Below the pieces are notes generated by a model. The model had not been told where the DNA came from. It did not search any database and saw nothing but the letters and a program-made list of their open reading frames with translations. Of a stretch of 64,000 nucleotides of DNA, positions 27,176 through 42,100 are shown in pieces (within the stretch, counting starts at the first letter, position 1; the number at the start of each line of letters is the position of its first letter). Source of the DNA: the human T2T-CHM13v2.0 reference genome, Homo sapiens; assembly GCF_009914755.1 (NCBI RefSeq), contig NC_060934.1; one strand, written 5' to 3'. Position numbers and translations under genes: made by a program.

Positions 27176-30100
27176 CATTGTCAGAAATTTCTTTCTGATG
27201 TGTGCATTGAACTCAGAGGGTTGAACATTCCTTTTGATAGAGCAGTTATGAAACACTCTTTGTAGAATCTGCAAGTGGATATTTGGAGCGCTTTGAGGCC
27301 TTCATTGGAAACAGGGATATCTACGCATAAAAACTAAACAGAAGATTTCTCAGAAGCTTCTTTGTCATGTGTGCATTCAACTCACAGAGGTGAATATTCC
27401 TTGTCTTAGACCAGTTTTGAAACATTCTTTTTGTAAAATCTGCAAGTGGATATTTGGAGTGCTTTGTGGACTGTGGTAGAAAAGGAAATATCTGCATATA
27501 AAAACTAGACAGAAGCATTCTCTTAAACAAGTTTGTGATGCGTGCATTCAACGCACAGAGTTGAATCCTCCTTTTGATAGGGCAGTTTTGAAACACTCTT
27601 TTTGAAAAATCTGCAAGTGGATATTTGGAGGACTTTGAGGCCTGTGGTGGAAAAGGAAATATCTTCAGTTAAAAACTAGACAGAAGCATTCTCAAAAACT
27701 ACTTTGTGTTGTGTGCATTCAACTCCCTGAGTTGCACTTTTTTTTGATAGAGCAGTTTTGAAACACTCTTTTTGTAGAATCTGCAAGTATGTATTTGGAG
27801 CGCTTTGAAACCTTCATCGGAAACAGGAATATCTTCACATAAAATCTAGGCAGAATCATTCTCAGAAACTTCTTCATGATGTGTGCATTCAAATCACAGA
27901 GTTGAAACTTCCGTTTGATAGAGCAACTTTGAAACACTGTTTCTAGAATCTGTAAGTGGATATTAGGGGTGCTTTGAGGACTATTTTAGAAAAGAAAATA
28001 TCCTCATATAAAAACTAGACAGAAAGATTCTCAGAACTTCTTTGTGATGTGTGCATTCAACTCACAGAGTTGAACATTCCTTTTCATAGAGCAGTTTTGA
28101 AACTCTTTTTGTAGGACCTGCAAGTGGATATTTCGAGCCCTTTGAGGCCTCCAAAAGAAAAGGAAATATCTTCGTATAAAAACTACACAGAAGCATTCTC
28201 AGATACTACTTTGTGATGTGTGCATTCAACTCACAGAGTTGAACCTTTCTTTTGATAGAGCAGTTTTCAAACACTCTTTTTGCAGAATCTGCAATTGGAC
28301 ACTTCGAGGGCTTTGAGGGCAATGTTGGAAAAGGAAATATGTTCACATAAATACGAGACAGAAGCATTCTCAGAAACTACTTTGTGACGTTTTCATTCAA
28401 CTGACAGAGTTGAACATACCTTTTCATAGAGGAGTTTTGAAACACTCTTTTTGTAGTTTCTGCATTTCGATATTTGGAGCGCTTTGAAGCCTTCTTTGGA
28501 AACGGGAATATCTTCACATAAAAAGGAGACAGAAGCATTCCCAGAAACTTCTTTGTGATATTTGCATTCAACTCACAGAGTTTAACCCTTTTTTCGATAC
28601 AGCAGTTTTGAAACACTCTTTTTGTAGAATCTGCAAGTGGATATTTGGACCACTTTGAGGCTTTCATTGGAAATGGAAAAATCTTCACATAAAAACTAGG
28701 CAGAATCATTCTCAGAAACTTCTTTGTGATGTGTGCCTTCAACTCACAGAGTTGAACCTTTCTTTTGATACAGCAGTTTTGAAACACACTTTTTGTAGAA
28801 TCTGCAAGTGGACATTTCGAGCTCTTTGAGTTTTTCAATGGAAAAAGAAGTATCTTCACATAAATATTTGATAGAAGAATTCTCAGAAACTTCTTTGTGA
28901 TGTTTGCATTCAACTCACGGAGTTGAACCTTCCTTTTTATAGAGCAGTTCTGAAACACTCTTTTTGTAGAATCTGCAGGTCGTTATTTGGAGTGCTTTGA
29001 AGCGCTCATTGTGAACGGGAATATCTTCACATAAAAACTAGACAGAAGCATTCTCAGAAACTTCTTTGTGATGGGTGCATTCAAATCACAGAGCTGAAAC
29101 TTCCTTTTAATAGAGCAGTTTTGATACACTTTTTTTGTACAACCTGAAAGTGGCTGTTTGGAGTGCTTTGAGGCCAATGGTAGGAAAGGAAATATCTTCA
29201 CATCAAAACTAGACAGAAGCATTCTCAGAAACTTCTTTGTGATGATTGCATTAAACTCACAGAGTTTAACATACCTTTTCACAGGGCAGTTTTGAAACTC
29301 TCTTTTTTTGTAGAATCTGCAAGTGGATATTTGGACTGCTTTGCAGCCTTCGTTGGAAACGGGAATATCTTCAAATAAAAACTAGATAGAAGAATTCTCA
29401 GAAACTACTTTGTGCTGGGTGCATTCAACTCACAGATTTGAACCTTACTTTTGATAGAGCAGTTTTGAAACACTCTTTTTGTAGAATCTGCATGTAGACA
29501 TTTGGAGCACTTTGAGGGCTGTGGTGGAAAAAGATATATCTTCACATAAAAACTAGACAGAAGCATTCTCAGAAATTTCTTTGTGATGTTTGCATTCCAC
29601 TCACAGAGCTGAACATACCTTTTCTTAGAGCAGTTTTGAAACAATCTTTTTGTAGAATCTGCAAGTGGATATTTGGATGGTTTTGAGGTGTTCATTGGAA
29701 ACGGGAACATCTTCACATAAAAACTAGACAGAAACATTCTCAGAAACTTCTTTGTGATGTGTGCATTCAACTCACAGAAATAAACCTTTCTTTTGAGAGA
29801 GCAGTTTTGAAACACTCTTTTTGTAGAATCTGTAAGTGGATATTTGGAGTGCTTTGAGGCCTACGGTGGAAGTGGGAATGACTTTACATAAAAACTAGAC
29901 AGAAGCATTATCACACACTTCTTTGTGATGTGTGCCTTCAAGTCACAGAGTTGAACCTTTCTTTCAATAGAGCAGTTTTGAAACACTCTTTTTGTAGGAT
30001 CTGCAAGTGGAAATCTGTAGCGCTTTGAGGGATATATTGGAAAAGGAAATATCTTCACAAAAAAACTACACAGAAGCACTCACAGAATCTTCTTTGTGAT

Positions 30101-33100
30101 GTGGGCATTCAAATCACCGAGTTGAACCTTCTTTTTGATATAGCAGTTTTGAAACACTCTTTTTGTAGAATCTGCAAGTGGGTATTTGGAGCGCTTTGAG
30201 GCCTATGTTAGAAAAGGAAATATCTTCACAAAAAAACTAGACAGAAAATTCTCAGAAACTACTCTGTGATGTGTCCATTCAACTCACAGAGTTGAACCTT
30301 TCTTTTGATAGAGCAGTTTTGAAACACTCTTTTTGTAGAATCTGCAAGTTGACATTTGGAGAGCTTTGAGGGCTATGGTGGAAAAGGAAATATCTTCACA
30401 AAGAAGCTAGACAGAGGCATTCACAGAGACTTCTTCTGATGTGTGCATTCAACACACAGTGTTTAACCTTCCTTTTGATAGAGCAGTTTTGAAACAGTGT
30501 TTTTGTAGGATCTGCAAGTGGATACTTGGAGCGCTATGAGTCCTATGGTGGAAAAGGAAGTCTCTTCACATAAAAAGTAGACAGAAGCATTCTCAGAAAC
30601 TTCTTCGTGATATGTGCATTCAACTCACAAAATTGAGACTTCCTCTTGATAGAGCAGTTTTTAAACACTCTTTTTGTAAAATCTGCAAGTGGATATTTGG
30701 AGCACTTTGAGGGCTATGGTGGAAAAGGAAATATCTTCACATAAAAACTAGACATAAGCCAGTGGATATTTGGAGCGCTTTGATGCTAATGGTAGAAAAG
30801 GAAATATCTTCATATATGCACTAGACAGAAGTATTCTCAGAAACTACTTTGTGATGTGTGCATTCAACTCACAGAGTTGAACCTTTCTTTTGAAAGAGCA
30901 GTTTTGAAACACTTCTTTTGTAGAATCTGCAAGTGGACCTTGGAAGCGCTGTGAGGGCTATGGTGGAAAAGGAAATATCTTCAGATAAAAACTAGACAGA
31001 AGCATTCTCAGAAACATTTTCGTGATGTGTGCATTGAAATCACAGAGTTTAACATTTCTTTTGATTGAGCAGTTTTGAAACACTCCTTTTGTAGAATCTG
31101 CAAGTGGACATTTGGAGCACTTTGGGGGCTATGGTGGATAAGGAAATATCTTCAGGTAAAAACTAGACCCAAGCATTCTCAGAAACTTCTCTGTGATGTT
31201 TGCATTCAACTCACATAGTTGAACCTTTCTTTTCATAGAGCAGCTTTGAACCACTCTTTTTGTAGGATCTGCAAGTGAACATCTGGAGCCCTTTGAGGGC
31301 TATGGGGAGAAGGATATATCTTCACATAAAGACTAGACAGAAGCATTCTCAGAAACTTCTGTGAGATGTTTGCATTCAACTCACAGAGTTGAACATAACT
31401 TTTCATAGAGCAGTTTTGAAACACTCTTTTTCTAATATCTGCAAGTGTGTATTTGGAGCCCTTTGAGGCCTTGGTTGGAAACGGGAATATCTTCACATAA
31501 AAACTAGATAGAAGCAATCTGAGAAGCTTCTTTGTGATGTGTGCATTCACCTCACAGAGTTGAACCTTCCTTTTGACAGAGCAGTTTTGAAACACTCTTT
31601 TTGTAGAATCTGCAAGTGAACATTTGGAGCGTTTTAAGGGCTACGTTGGAAAAGGAAGTATTTTCAAATAAGAAGTATACAGAAGCATTCTCAGAAACTT
31701 TTTTGTGATATGTGCACTCAACTCACAGAGTTGAGCCTTCCTTTTGACAGAGCAGTTTTGAAACACCCTTTTTGTAGGATCTGCAAGTGCATATTTGGAG
31801 CGCTTTGAGGCCTGTGGTAGAAAAGGAAATATCTGCATGTAAAAACTAGACAGACGCATTCTCAGAACCTTCTTTGTGATGTGTGAATTCAACTGAAATA
31901 GTAGAACCTTCCTTTTGAAAGAGCAGTTTTGAAAAACTCTTTTTGTAGAACTGCAGGTGGATATTTGGAATGCTTTGAAGCCTTCATTGGAAACGACAAT
32001 ATCTTCACATAAACACTAGACAGAAGCATTCTCAGAAACTGCTTTGTGATGTGTGCATTCAACTCACAGAGTTGATCCTTCCTTTTGATAGAGCAGATTT
32101 GAAACACGCTTTTTGTATAAACCACAGGTGCATATTTATAACACCTATTTGAGGCCTATGGAAGAAAAGGAAATACCTTCATACAAAACTGGACCGAAGC
32201 ATTCTCAGAAACTACTCTGTGATGTGTTTATACAACTCACAGAGTCGAAACCCTTCTTTTGATAGAGCAGTTTTGAAACCCTCTTTTTGTAGAATCTATA
32301 AATGGACATTTGGAGCGCTTTGAGGGCCATGGTGGAAATGGAAATATCTTCACCTAAAAACTAGACGGAAGCATTCTCAGAAACTTCTTTGTGACAATTG
32401 TATTCAACTCACAGAGTAGTACATACCTTATCATAGAGCAGTTTTGAAATACTCTTTTTGTAGAACCTGCAAGTGGATATTTTGAGTGCTTTGAGGCCTA
32501 CGGCTGAAACGGGAATATCTTCACATAAAAACTAGACAGAAGAATTCTCAGAAACAACTTTGTGACGTGTGCATTCAAATCACAGAGTTGAACATTCCTT
32601 TTCATAGAGCAGTTTTGAAACACCCTTTTTGTTGAATCAGCAAGTGGACATTTGGAGTGTTTTGAGGCCTTCAGTGTAAAAGGAAATATCTTCACATAAA
32701 AACTAGAGAGAAACATTCTCAGAAACTTCTGGTGATGTCTGCATTCAACTCACACAGTCGAACATACCTTTCCATAGAGCAGTTTTGAAGCACTCCTTTT
32801 GTAGAATCTGCAAGTGGATATTTGGCCCGATTTGAGTCCTTCGTTGGAAACGGGAATATCTTCACATAAAAATAAGACAGAAGCAGTCTCAGAAACTCCT
32901 TTGTGAAGAGTGCATTCAACTCACAGAGTTGAACATTCCTTTTCATAGAACAGCTTTGAAACAGTCCTTTTGTAGAATCTGCAAGTGGATATTTGCAGCA
33001 GTTTGAGGCCTATGTTGGAAAAGGATGTAGCTTCACATAAAAAGTGGACAGAGGCATTCTCAGAAACTTCCTTGTGATGTGTGCATTCAACTCACATAGT

Positions 33101-36100
33101 TGAACCTTGCTTTTGATAGAGCAGTTTTGAAACACTTTTTATAGAATCTGCAAGTGGGTATTTGGAGCGCCTTGAGGCCTATGGCAGAAAAGGAAATATC
33201 TTCATATAAAAACTAGACAGAAGCATTCTCAGAAACTTCTTTATAATGTTTGCATTCAACTCACAGAGCTGAACATAACTTTTCATAGAGTGGTTTTGAA
33301 ACACTCTCTTTGTAGAATGTGCAGGAGGATATTTGGAGTGCTTTGAGAACTTCTTTGGAAAAAGGAATATCTTCTCATAAAAACTAGACAGAGGCATTCT
33401 CAGAAACTTCTTTGTGATGTGTGCATTCAACTCGCAGAGTTGAACTTTCCTTTTGTTAGAGCAGTTTTGAAACACTCTTTTTGTAGAATCTCCACGTGGA
33501 TATTTTGTGTGCTTTGAGGCCTACAGTTGAAATGGGAATACCTTCACATATAAACTAGACAGAAGCATTCTCAGAAACTTCATTGTGATGTGTGCATTTA
33601 ACTCACAGAGTTGAACCTTTCTTTCCACAGTACAGTTTTGAAACACTCTTTTTGTAGAATCTGCAAGTTGGCATTTGGAGTACTTTGAGGGCTATGGTGG
33701 AATAGGAAATATCTTCACAAAAAAACTAGACAGAAGCATTCACAGAAACTTCTTGTGATGTGTGCATTGAACTCACAGAGTTGAACCTTCCTTTTGATAG
33801 AACAGGTTTGACACACTCTTTTTGTAGACTCTGCAAGTGGATATTTGGAGCCCTTTGAGGCCTATGGTAGAAATGGAAATATCTTCATACAAAAACTAGA
33901 CAGAATCATTCTCAGAAACTACTTTGTGTTGTGTGCATTCAACTCAGAGATTTGAAAATTTCTTTTGATAGAGCAGTTTTGAAGCACTCTTTTTGTAGAA
34001 TCTGCAAGTTGACTTTTGGAGCACTTTGAGGGCTGTGGTGGAAAAGGAAATAGCTTCACGTAAAAACTAGACAGAAGCATTCTCAGAAACTTTCTTGTGA
34101 TGTGTGCATTCAACTCACAGAGTTGAACATTCCTTTTCATAGAGCAATTTGGAAACAGTCTTTTTGTAGAATCTGAAGGGGATAATTTTAGCGCTTTGAG
34201 GCCTATGGTGGAAAAGAAGTATCGTCGCATAAAAAGCAGACAGAAGCCTTCTCAGAAACTTCTTTGTGATGTGTTCATTCAACTCACAGAGTTAAACCTT
34301 CCTTTTGATACAACAGTTTTGAAACACTCTTTTTGTATAATCTCCAAGTGGATATTTGGAGTGCTTTGAGCTTTTGGTAGAAAAGGTAATACCTTCCTGT
34401 AAAAACTAGACATAAGCATTCACAGTAACTACGTTGTGGTATGTGAATTCAACTCACAGAGTTGAAACTTTCTTTTTACAGAGCAGTTTTGAAACACTCT
34501 TTTTGTAAAATCTGCAATTGGACATTTAGAGTGCTTTGAGTGTTCTTGTTGAAAAGGAAATATCTTCACATAAAAACTAGACAGAAGATTTCTCAGAAAC
34601 TTCTTTGTGATGTTTGCATTCAACTCACAGATTGGAACATACCTTTTCATAGAGCACTTTTGATACAATCTTATTGTAGAATCTTCAAGTGGATATTGAG
34701 AATGCTTTGAGGCCTTCGTTGGAAACGGGAATATCTTGACATAAAAGCTTGACAGAAGCTTTCTCAGAAACTTCTTTGTGATGTGTGTATTCATCTCACA
34801 GAGTTGAATCTTCCTTTTGATACAGCAGTTTTTAAACGCTCTTTTTTTAGAATCTGCAAGTGGATATTTGGAGCGCCCTGAGGGTTATGGTGGAAAAGGA
34901 AATATCTTCACATAAACACTAGACAGAAGCTAGTGCATATTTGGAGCACTTTGAGGCCTATGTTGGAAATGGAAATATCTTCATACAAAAACTAGACAGA
35001 ATCATTCTCAGAAACTACTTTGTGATGTGTGCATTCAACTCACAGAGTTGAACTATTATTTTGATACAGAAGTTTTGAAACAATTTTTTGTAGGATCTGC
35101 AAGTGGACAATTGGAGTGCTTTGTGGGCTATGGTGGAAAAGGAAATATCTTCACATAAACACTAGACAGAAGCATTCTCTGAAAATTCTGTGTGATGTTT
35201 GCATTCAACTCACAGAGTTGAACATAACTTTTCATAGAGTAGTTTTGAAACACTCTTTTTGCAGAATGTGCAAGAGGATATTTTGAGAGCTTTGAGGCCT
35301 TGGTTGGAAACGGGAATATCTTCAAATAAAAACTAGACAGCATTCTGAGAAAATTATTTGTGATGTGCGCATTCAACTCACAGAGTTGAAACTTTCTTTT
35401 GATAGAGCAGTTTTGAAACACTCTTTTTGTAGAATCTGCAAGTGGACGTTTGGAGCATTCTGAGGACTGTGGTAGAAAAGGAAATATCTTCACATAAAAA
35501 CTAGACAGAAGCATTCTCAGAAACTTCTTTGGATGTGTGCATTCAACTCAAAGAGTTGAACATTCTTTTTCATAGAGCAGTTTTGAAAAGGTCTTTCTGT
35601 AGGATCTGCAAGTAGATATTTGGAGGGTTTGGAGGCCTATGGTGGAAAAGGAAGTCTCTTCACATAAAAAGTAGACAGAAGCATTCTCAGAAACTTCTTT
35701 GTGATATGTGCATTCAACTCACAGAGTTGAACCTTCCTTTTGATAGAGCAGATTTTAAGCACTCTTTTTGTAAAATCTTCAAGTGGACATTTGGAGCACT
35801 TTGAGGGCTATGATGGAAAAGGAAATATCTTCCCATAAAAACTAGACATAAGCCCGTGGATATTTGGAGCACTTTGAGGCCAATGGTAGAAAAGGAAATA
35901 TCTTCATATATAAACTAGACAGAAGCATTCTCAGAAACTACTTTGTGATGTGTGCATTCAACTCACAGAGTTGAACCTTTCTTTTGAAAGAGCAGTTTTG
36001 AAACACTTCTTTTGTAGAATTTGCAAGTGGACCATTGGAGCGCTGTGAGGGCTACGGTGGAAAAGGAAATATCTTCAGATAAAAACTAGACAGAAGCATT

Positions 36101-39100
36101 CTCAGAAACATTTTCGTGATGTGTGCATTGAAATCACAGAGTTTAACATTTCTTTTGATTGAGCAGTTTTGAAACACTCCTTTTGTAGAATCTGCAAGTG
36201 GACATTTGGAGCACTTTGGGGGCTATGGTGGATAAGGAAATATCTTCAGGTAAAAACTAGACCCAAGCATTCTCAGAAACTTCTCTGTGATGTTTGCATT
36301 CAACTCACATAGTTGAACCTTTCTTTTCATAGAGCAGCTTTGAACCACTCTTTTTGTAGAATCTGCAAGTGAACCTTTGGAGCCCTTTGAGGGCTATGGT
36401 GGAAAAGGATATATCTTCACATAAAGACTAGACAGAAGCATTCTCAGAAACTTCTGTGAGATGTTTGCATTCAACTCACAGAGTTGAACATAACTTTTCA
36501 TAGAGCAGTTTTGAAACACTCTTTTTCTAAAATCTGCAAGGGTGTATTTGGAGCCCTTTGAGGCCTTGGTTGGAAACGGGAATATCTTCACATAAAAACT
36601 AGACAGAAGCATTCTGAGAAGCTTCTTTGTGATGTGTGCATTCAACTCACAGAGTTGAACCTTCCTTTTGACAGAGCAGTTTCGAAACACTCTTTTTGTA
36701 GAATCTGCACGTGAATATTTGGAGCATTTTAAGGGCTATGTTGGAAAAGGAAATATCTTCACATAAAAACTAGATAGAAGCATTCTCAGAAACTTCTTTG
36801 TGATGTGTGCATTCAACTCACAGAGTTGAACATACCTTTTCATAGAGCTGTTTTGAAACAGTTTTTTTGTAGAATCCACAATTGGATATTTTGAGTGCTT
36901 TGTAGCCTTCATTGGAAACTGGAATATCTTCACATAAAAACTAGAGAGAATCATTCTGAGAAACTTCTTTGTGATGCGTGCATTCAACTCATAGAGGTGA
37001 GCCTTCCTTTTGATAGAGCAGTTTTGAAACACACTTTTTGTAGAATCTGCAAGTGGACATTTGGAGCACTTTGAGACCTATGGTGGAAAAGGAAATATCT
37101 TCACAGAAAAGCCAGACAGAAGCATTCTCAGAAACTTCTTTGTGATGTTTGCATTCAACTAATGGATTTGAACTTTCCTTTTGAAAGAACAGTTTTGAAA
37201 CACTCTTTTTGTAGAATCTGCAAGTCGATATTTGGACCGCTTTGAGGCCTTCATCAGAAACGGGGTTATCCTCACATAAAAACTAGACAGAAGCATTCTA
37301 GGAAACTACTTTGTGATGTGTGCATTCAACACACAGAGTTGAACATTCCGTTTCATAGAGCAGTTTTTAAACACTCTTTTTGTAGAATCTTCAAGTGGAT
37401 ATTTGGAGGACTTTGAGGCCTCTAGTAGAAAAGGAAATATATTCATATAAAAACTAGACAGAAGCATTCCCAGAAACTTCTTTGTGATGTGTGCATTCAA
37501 CTCATAGGTTTGAATCTTCCTTTTGGAAGAGCAGTTTTGAAACACTCTTTTTGGAAAATCTGCAAGTGGATATTTGGACCACTTTGAAGACTTCATTGGA
37601 AACGGGAATATCTTCACATAAAAACTAGACAGAAGAATTCTCAGAAACTTCTTTGTACTATGTGCATTCAACTCACAGATTTGACCTTTCTTTTGATAGA
37701 GCAGTTTTGAAACACTCTTTTTGGAAAATCTGCAAGTGGATATTTGGACCACCTTGAAGACTTCATTGGAAACGGGAATATCTTCACATAAAAACTAGAC
37801 AGAAGAATTCTCAGAAACTTCTTTGTACTATGTGCATTCAACTCACAGATTTGACCTTTCTTTTGATAGAGCCGTTTTGAAACACCATTTTTGTAGAATC
37901 TGCAAGTGGACATTTGGATCACCTTGAGCATTATGGTCGAAAAGGAAATATCTTCACATAAAGACCAGACAGAAGCATTGTCCGAAACTCCTTTGTGTTG
38001 TTTGCATTCAACTCAAAGAGTTGAACCTTTCTTTTCATAGAGTAGTTTGAAACACTCTTTTTGTAGAATCTGCGAGTGTATATTTGGACTGCTTTGAGGT
38101 CTTCGTTTGAAACGGGAATATGTCCACATAAAAACGAGACAGAAGCATTCTCAGAAACTACTTTGTGATGTGTGGATTCTACTCAAAGAGTTGAACCTTC
38201 CTTTTGATAGGGCAGTTTTGAAACCCTCTTTTTGTAGAATCTTCAAGTGGATATTTGGAACGATTTGAGGCCTCTGGTAGAAAAGGAAATGTATTCATAT
38301 GAAAACTAGACAGAATCATTCACAGAAACTTCTTCACAAAGTGCACATTCAGCTCACAGATTAGAACCTTCCTTTTGATAGAGCAGTTTTGAAACACTCT
38401 TTTTTTAGAATCTTCATGTGTATATTTGGAGTGCTTTGAGGCCTATGTAGAAAAGGACGTATCTTCATATAAAAGCTAGACAGAAGCGTTCTCAGAACTA
38501 CTGTGCGATATGTGTATTCAACTCACAGAGTTTAAACTTTCTTTTGATAGAGCAGTTTTGAAACTCTCTTTTTATGGAATCTGCAAGTGGACATTTGGAA
38601 CACTTTGAGGGCTATGGTGGAAAAGGAAATATCTTCACATGAAAACTAGATAGAAGCATTCTCAGAAACTTCTTTGTCATGTGTGCATTCAACTCACAGA
38701 GTTCAACCTTCCTTTTGATAGAGCAGTTTTGAAACACTGTATTGTAGAATCTGCAAGTGGATATTTGGACTGCTTTGAGGCCTTCATTGGAAACGGGAAT
38801 GTCTTCACATAGACACTAGACAGAAGAACTCTCAGAAACTACATTGTGATGTGTGTATTCAACTCACAGAGACGAACCTTTCTTTTGATAGAGCAGTTTT
38901 GGAAAACTCTTTTTGTAGAATCTGCAAGAGCACATTAGGAGGGCTTTGTGGGCTATGGTAGTAAAGGAAATATCTTCACTTGAAAAGTAGACAGAAACAT
39001 TCTCAGAAACTTGTTTGTGATGTATGCTGTCAACTCACAGAGTTGAACATATCTTTTAATAGAGCAATTTTGAAACAATCTTTTTGTAGAATCTGCAACT

Positions 39101-42100
39101 GGATATTTGGACCACCTGAAGCCTTCGTTGGAAACCGGTTTATCTTCACATAAAAATTAGACAGAAGCATTCTCAGAAACTACTTTGTGATGTGTGCATT
39201 GAACTCACAGATTTGAACCTTTGTTTTGATAGAGTAGTTTTGAAACACTTTTTGTAGAATCTGCAGGTAGATATTGGGAATGATTTGAAGCCTTCGTTGG
39301 AAACGGGAATATCTACACATAAAAACTATACAGAAGCATTCTCATAAACTTCTTTGTGATGAGTGCATTCAACTCATAGAATTGAACCTTCCTTTTGATA
39401 GAGTAGTTCTGAAATACCTTCTTTGAAGAATCAGCAAGTGAATATTTGGAGTGCTTCGAGGCCTATGGTAGAAAAGGAAATGTCTTTATATAAAAACTAG
39501 ACAGAAGTATTCTCAGAAACTACTTTGTGATGTGTGCATTCATCTCACAGGATTCAATATTTCTTTGGATCTAGCAGTTTTGAAGCACTCTTTTTGTAGA
39601 ATCTGCAGGTGGACATCTGGAGCATTTTAAGGGCTATTGTGGAAAAGGAAATATCTTCACATAAAAACCAGACAAAAGCATTCTCAGAAACTTCCTTTTG
39701 ATGTTGCCATTCAACTCTCAGAGTTGAACATACCTTCTCATAGAGTAGTTTGGAAACACACTTTTTGTAGAATCTACAAGTGGACATTTCAAGCTCTTTG
39801 ACACCTTCGGTGGAAAAGCAAGTATCTTCACATAAAAACTAGACAGAAGCATTCGCAGAAACTTGTTAGTGATGTGTGCATTCAACTCACAGAGTTGAAC
39901 CTTCCTTTTCATAGAGCAGTTTTGAAACACTCTTTTTGTAGAATCTGCAGGTGGATATTTGGAGTGCCTTGAGCCTTCAATGGAAACGGGAATATCTTCA
40001 CCTAAAAAATAGACAGAAGCATTCTCAGAAACTTCTTTGTGATGTTTACATTCAACTCACAGAGTTGAAACTTCCTTTTTATAGAGCAGTTGTGAAGCAT
40101 TATTTATGTAGAATATGCAGGTGGATAGTGTAGTGCTTTGAAGCCTTCGTTGGAAACAGGAATATCGCCACATAAAAACTAGACAGAAGCATTCTCAGAA
40201 ACTTCTTTGTGATGTGTGCATTCAACTCACAGAGTTGAACTTTCCTTTTGATAGAGGAGTTTTGAAATCCTCTTTGTGTAGAATCTGTAAGTGGACATTT
40301 GCAACACTCTGAGGGCTATGGTGGTAAGGGAAATATCTTCACATGAAAACCAGACAGAAGCATTCTCAGAAACTTCTTTGTGATGTTGGCATTCAACTCA
40401 CAGAGTTGAACCTTCCTTTTGATAGAGCAGTTTTGAAACACTCTTTTTGTAGAATCTGCAAATGGATATTTGGACCGCTTTGAAACTTTCGATGAAAACG
40501 GGAATATCTTTTCATAAAAACTAGACAGAAGCATTCTCAGAAACTTCTTTGTGATGTGTACATTCAACGCACAGAGTTAAACCTTCCTTTTGATAGAACA
40601 GTTTTGAAATACTCTTTGTAGAATCTGCAAGTGGATATTTGGAGCCATTTGAGGCCCATGTTAGAAAAGGAAATATCTTCATATAAAAACTAGACAGAAG
40701 CATTCTGTGAAACTACTTTGTGATGTCTGCATTCAACTCATGGAGTTGAAGCTTTCTTTTGATAGAGCAGTTTGAAACACTCTTTTTGTAGAATCTGCAA
40801 GTGGACATTTGGAGCACTTTGAGGGCTCTGGTGGAAAAGGAAATATTCTCCCATAAAAACTATAAAGAAGCGTTCTCAGAAACTTTTTTGTGATGTTTGA
40901 ATTCAACTCACAGATTGGAACATACCTTTTCATAGAGCACTTTTGATACACTCTTTTTGTATAATCTGCAAGTGGATATTTTCAGTGCTTTGAGGAGTTC
41001 ATTGGAAATGGGAATACATTCACATAAAAACTAGACGGAAGCATTCTCAGAAAATATTCTGTGATGTGTGAATTCAACTCACAGAGTTGAACCTTCCTTT
41101 TGATAGAGCAGTTTTGAAACACTCTTTTTGTAGAATCTGCAAGTGGATATTTGGAGGGCTTTGAAGACTTCTTTGGAAAAGGAAGTATCTTCACATAAAA
41201 ACTAGACAGAAGCACTCTCAGAAATTTCTCTGTGACGTTTGCATTCAACTCACATAGTTGAAACTTCCTTTTGATAGGGCAGCTTTGAAACACTCTTTTT
41301 GTAGAATCTGCAAGTGGATATTTGGAGCCCTTTGTGGCCTAAGGTAGAAAAGGAAATAACTTCATATAAAAACTACCCAGAAGCATTCTCCGAAACTACT
41401 TTGTGATATGTGCATTCAACTCACAGGGTTTAACCTTTCTTTTGATAATGCAGTTTTGAACCACTCTTTTCGTGAAATCTGCAAGTGGACATTTGGAGCA
41501 CTTTGAGGGCTGTGGTGGAAAAGGAAATATCTTCACGTATTACTAGACAGAAACATTCTCTGAAACTTCTTTGTGATGTTTGCATTCAATTCACGGAGTT
41601 GAACTTTTATTTTCATCGACCAGTTTTGAAACACTCTTTTTGTGGAATCCACAAGTTGACATTTGGAGCACTTTGTGGGATGTCGTTGAAAAGGAAATAT
41701 CTTCACATGAAAACTAGACAGAAGCATTCTCAGAAACTTCTTTGTGATGTTTGTCTTCAAATCACAGACTTGCACATAAGTTTACAAAGAGCAGTTTTGA
41801 AACACTCTTTGCAGAATCTGCAAGTGGAAGTTTGGACCGCTTTCAGACCTGCTTTGGAAATGGGAATATCCTAACATAAACTCTAGACAGAAGCATTCTC
41901 ATAAATTTCTTGTGATGTGTGCATTCAACTCACAAAGTTGAACCTTCCTTTTGATAGGGCAGTTTTGAAACACTCTTTTTGTAGAATCTGCAAGTGGATA
42001 TTTGGAGACCTTTGTTGCCTATGATACAAAAGGAAATATTTTCAAGTAAAAACTAGACAGAAGCATTCTCTGAAACTTCTTTCTAATGTTTGCACTCAAT

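Noticed and set aside
27161-27320. Possible 3' transduction after the L1HS
   Set aside because: The TSD follows the poly(A) immediately and the monomer resumes in register
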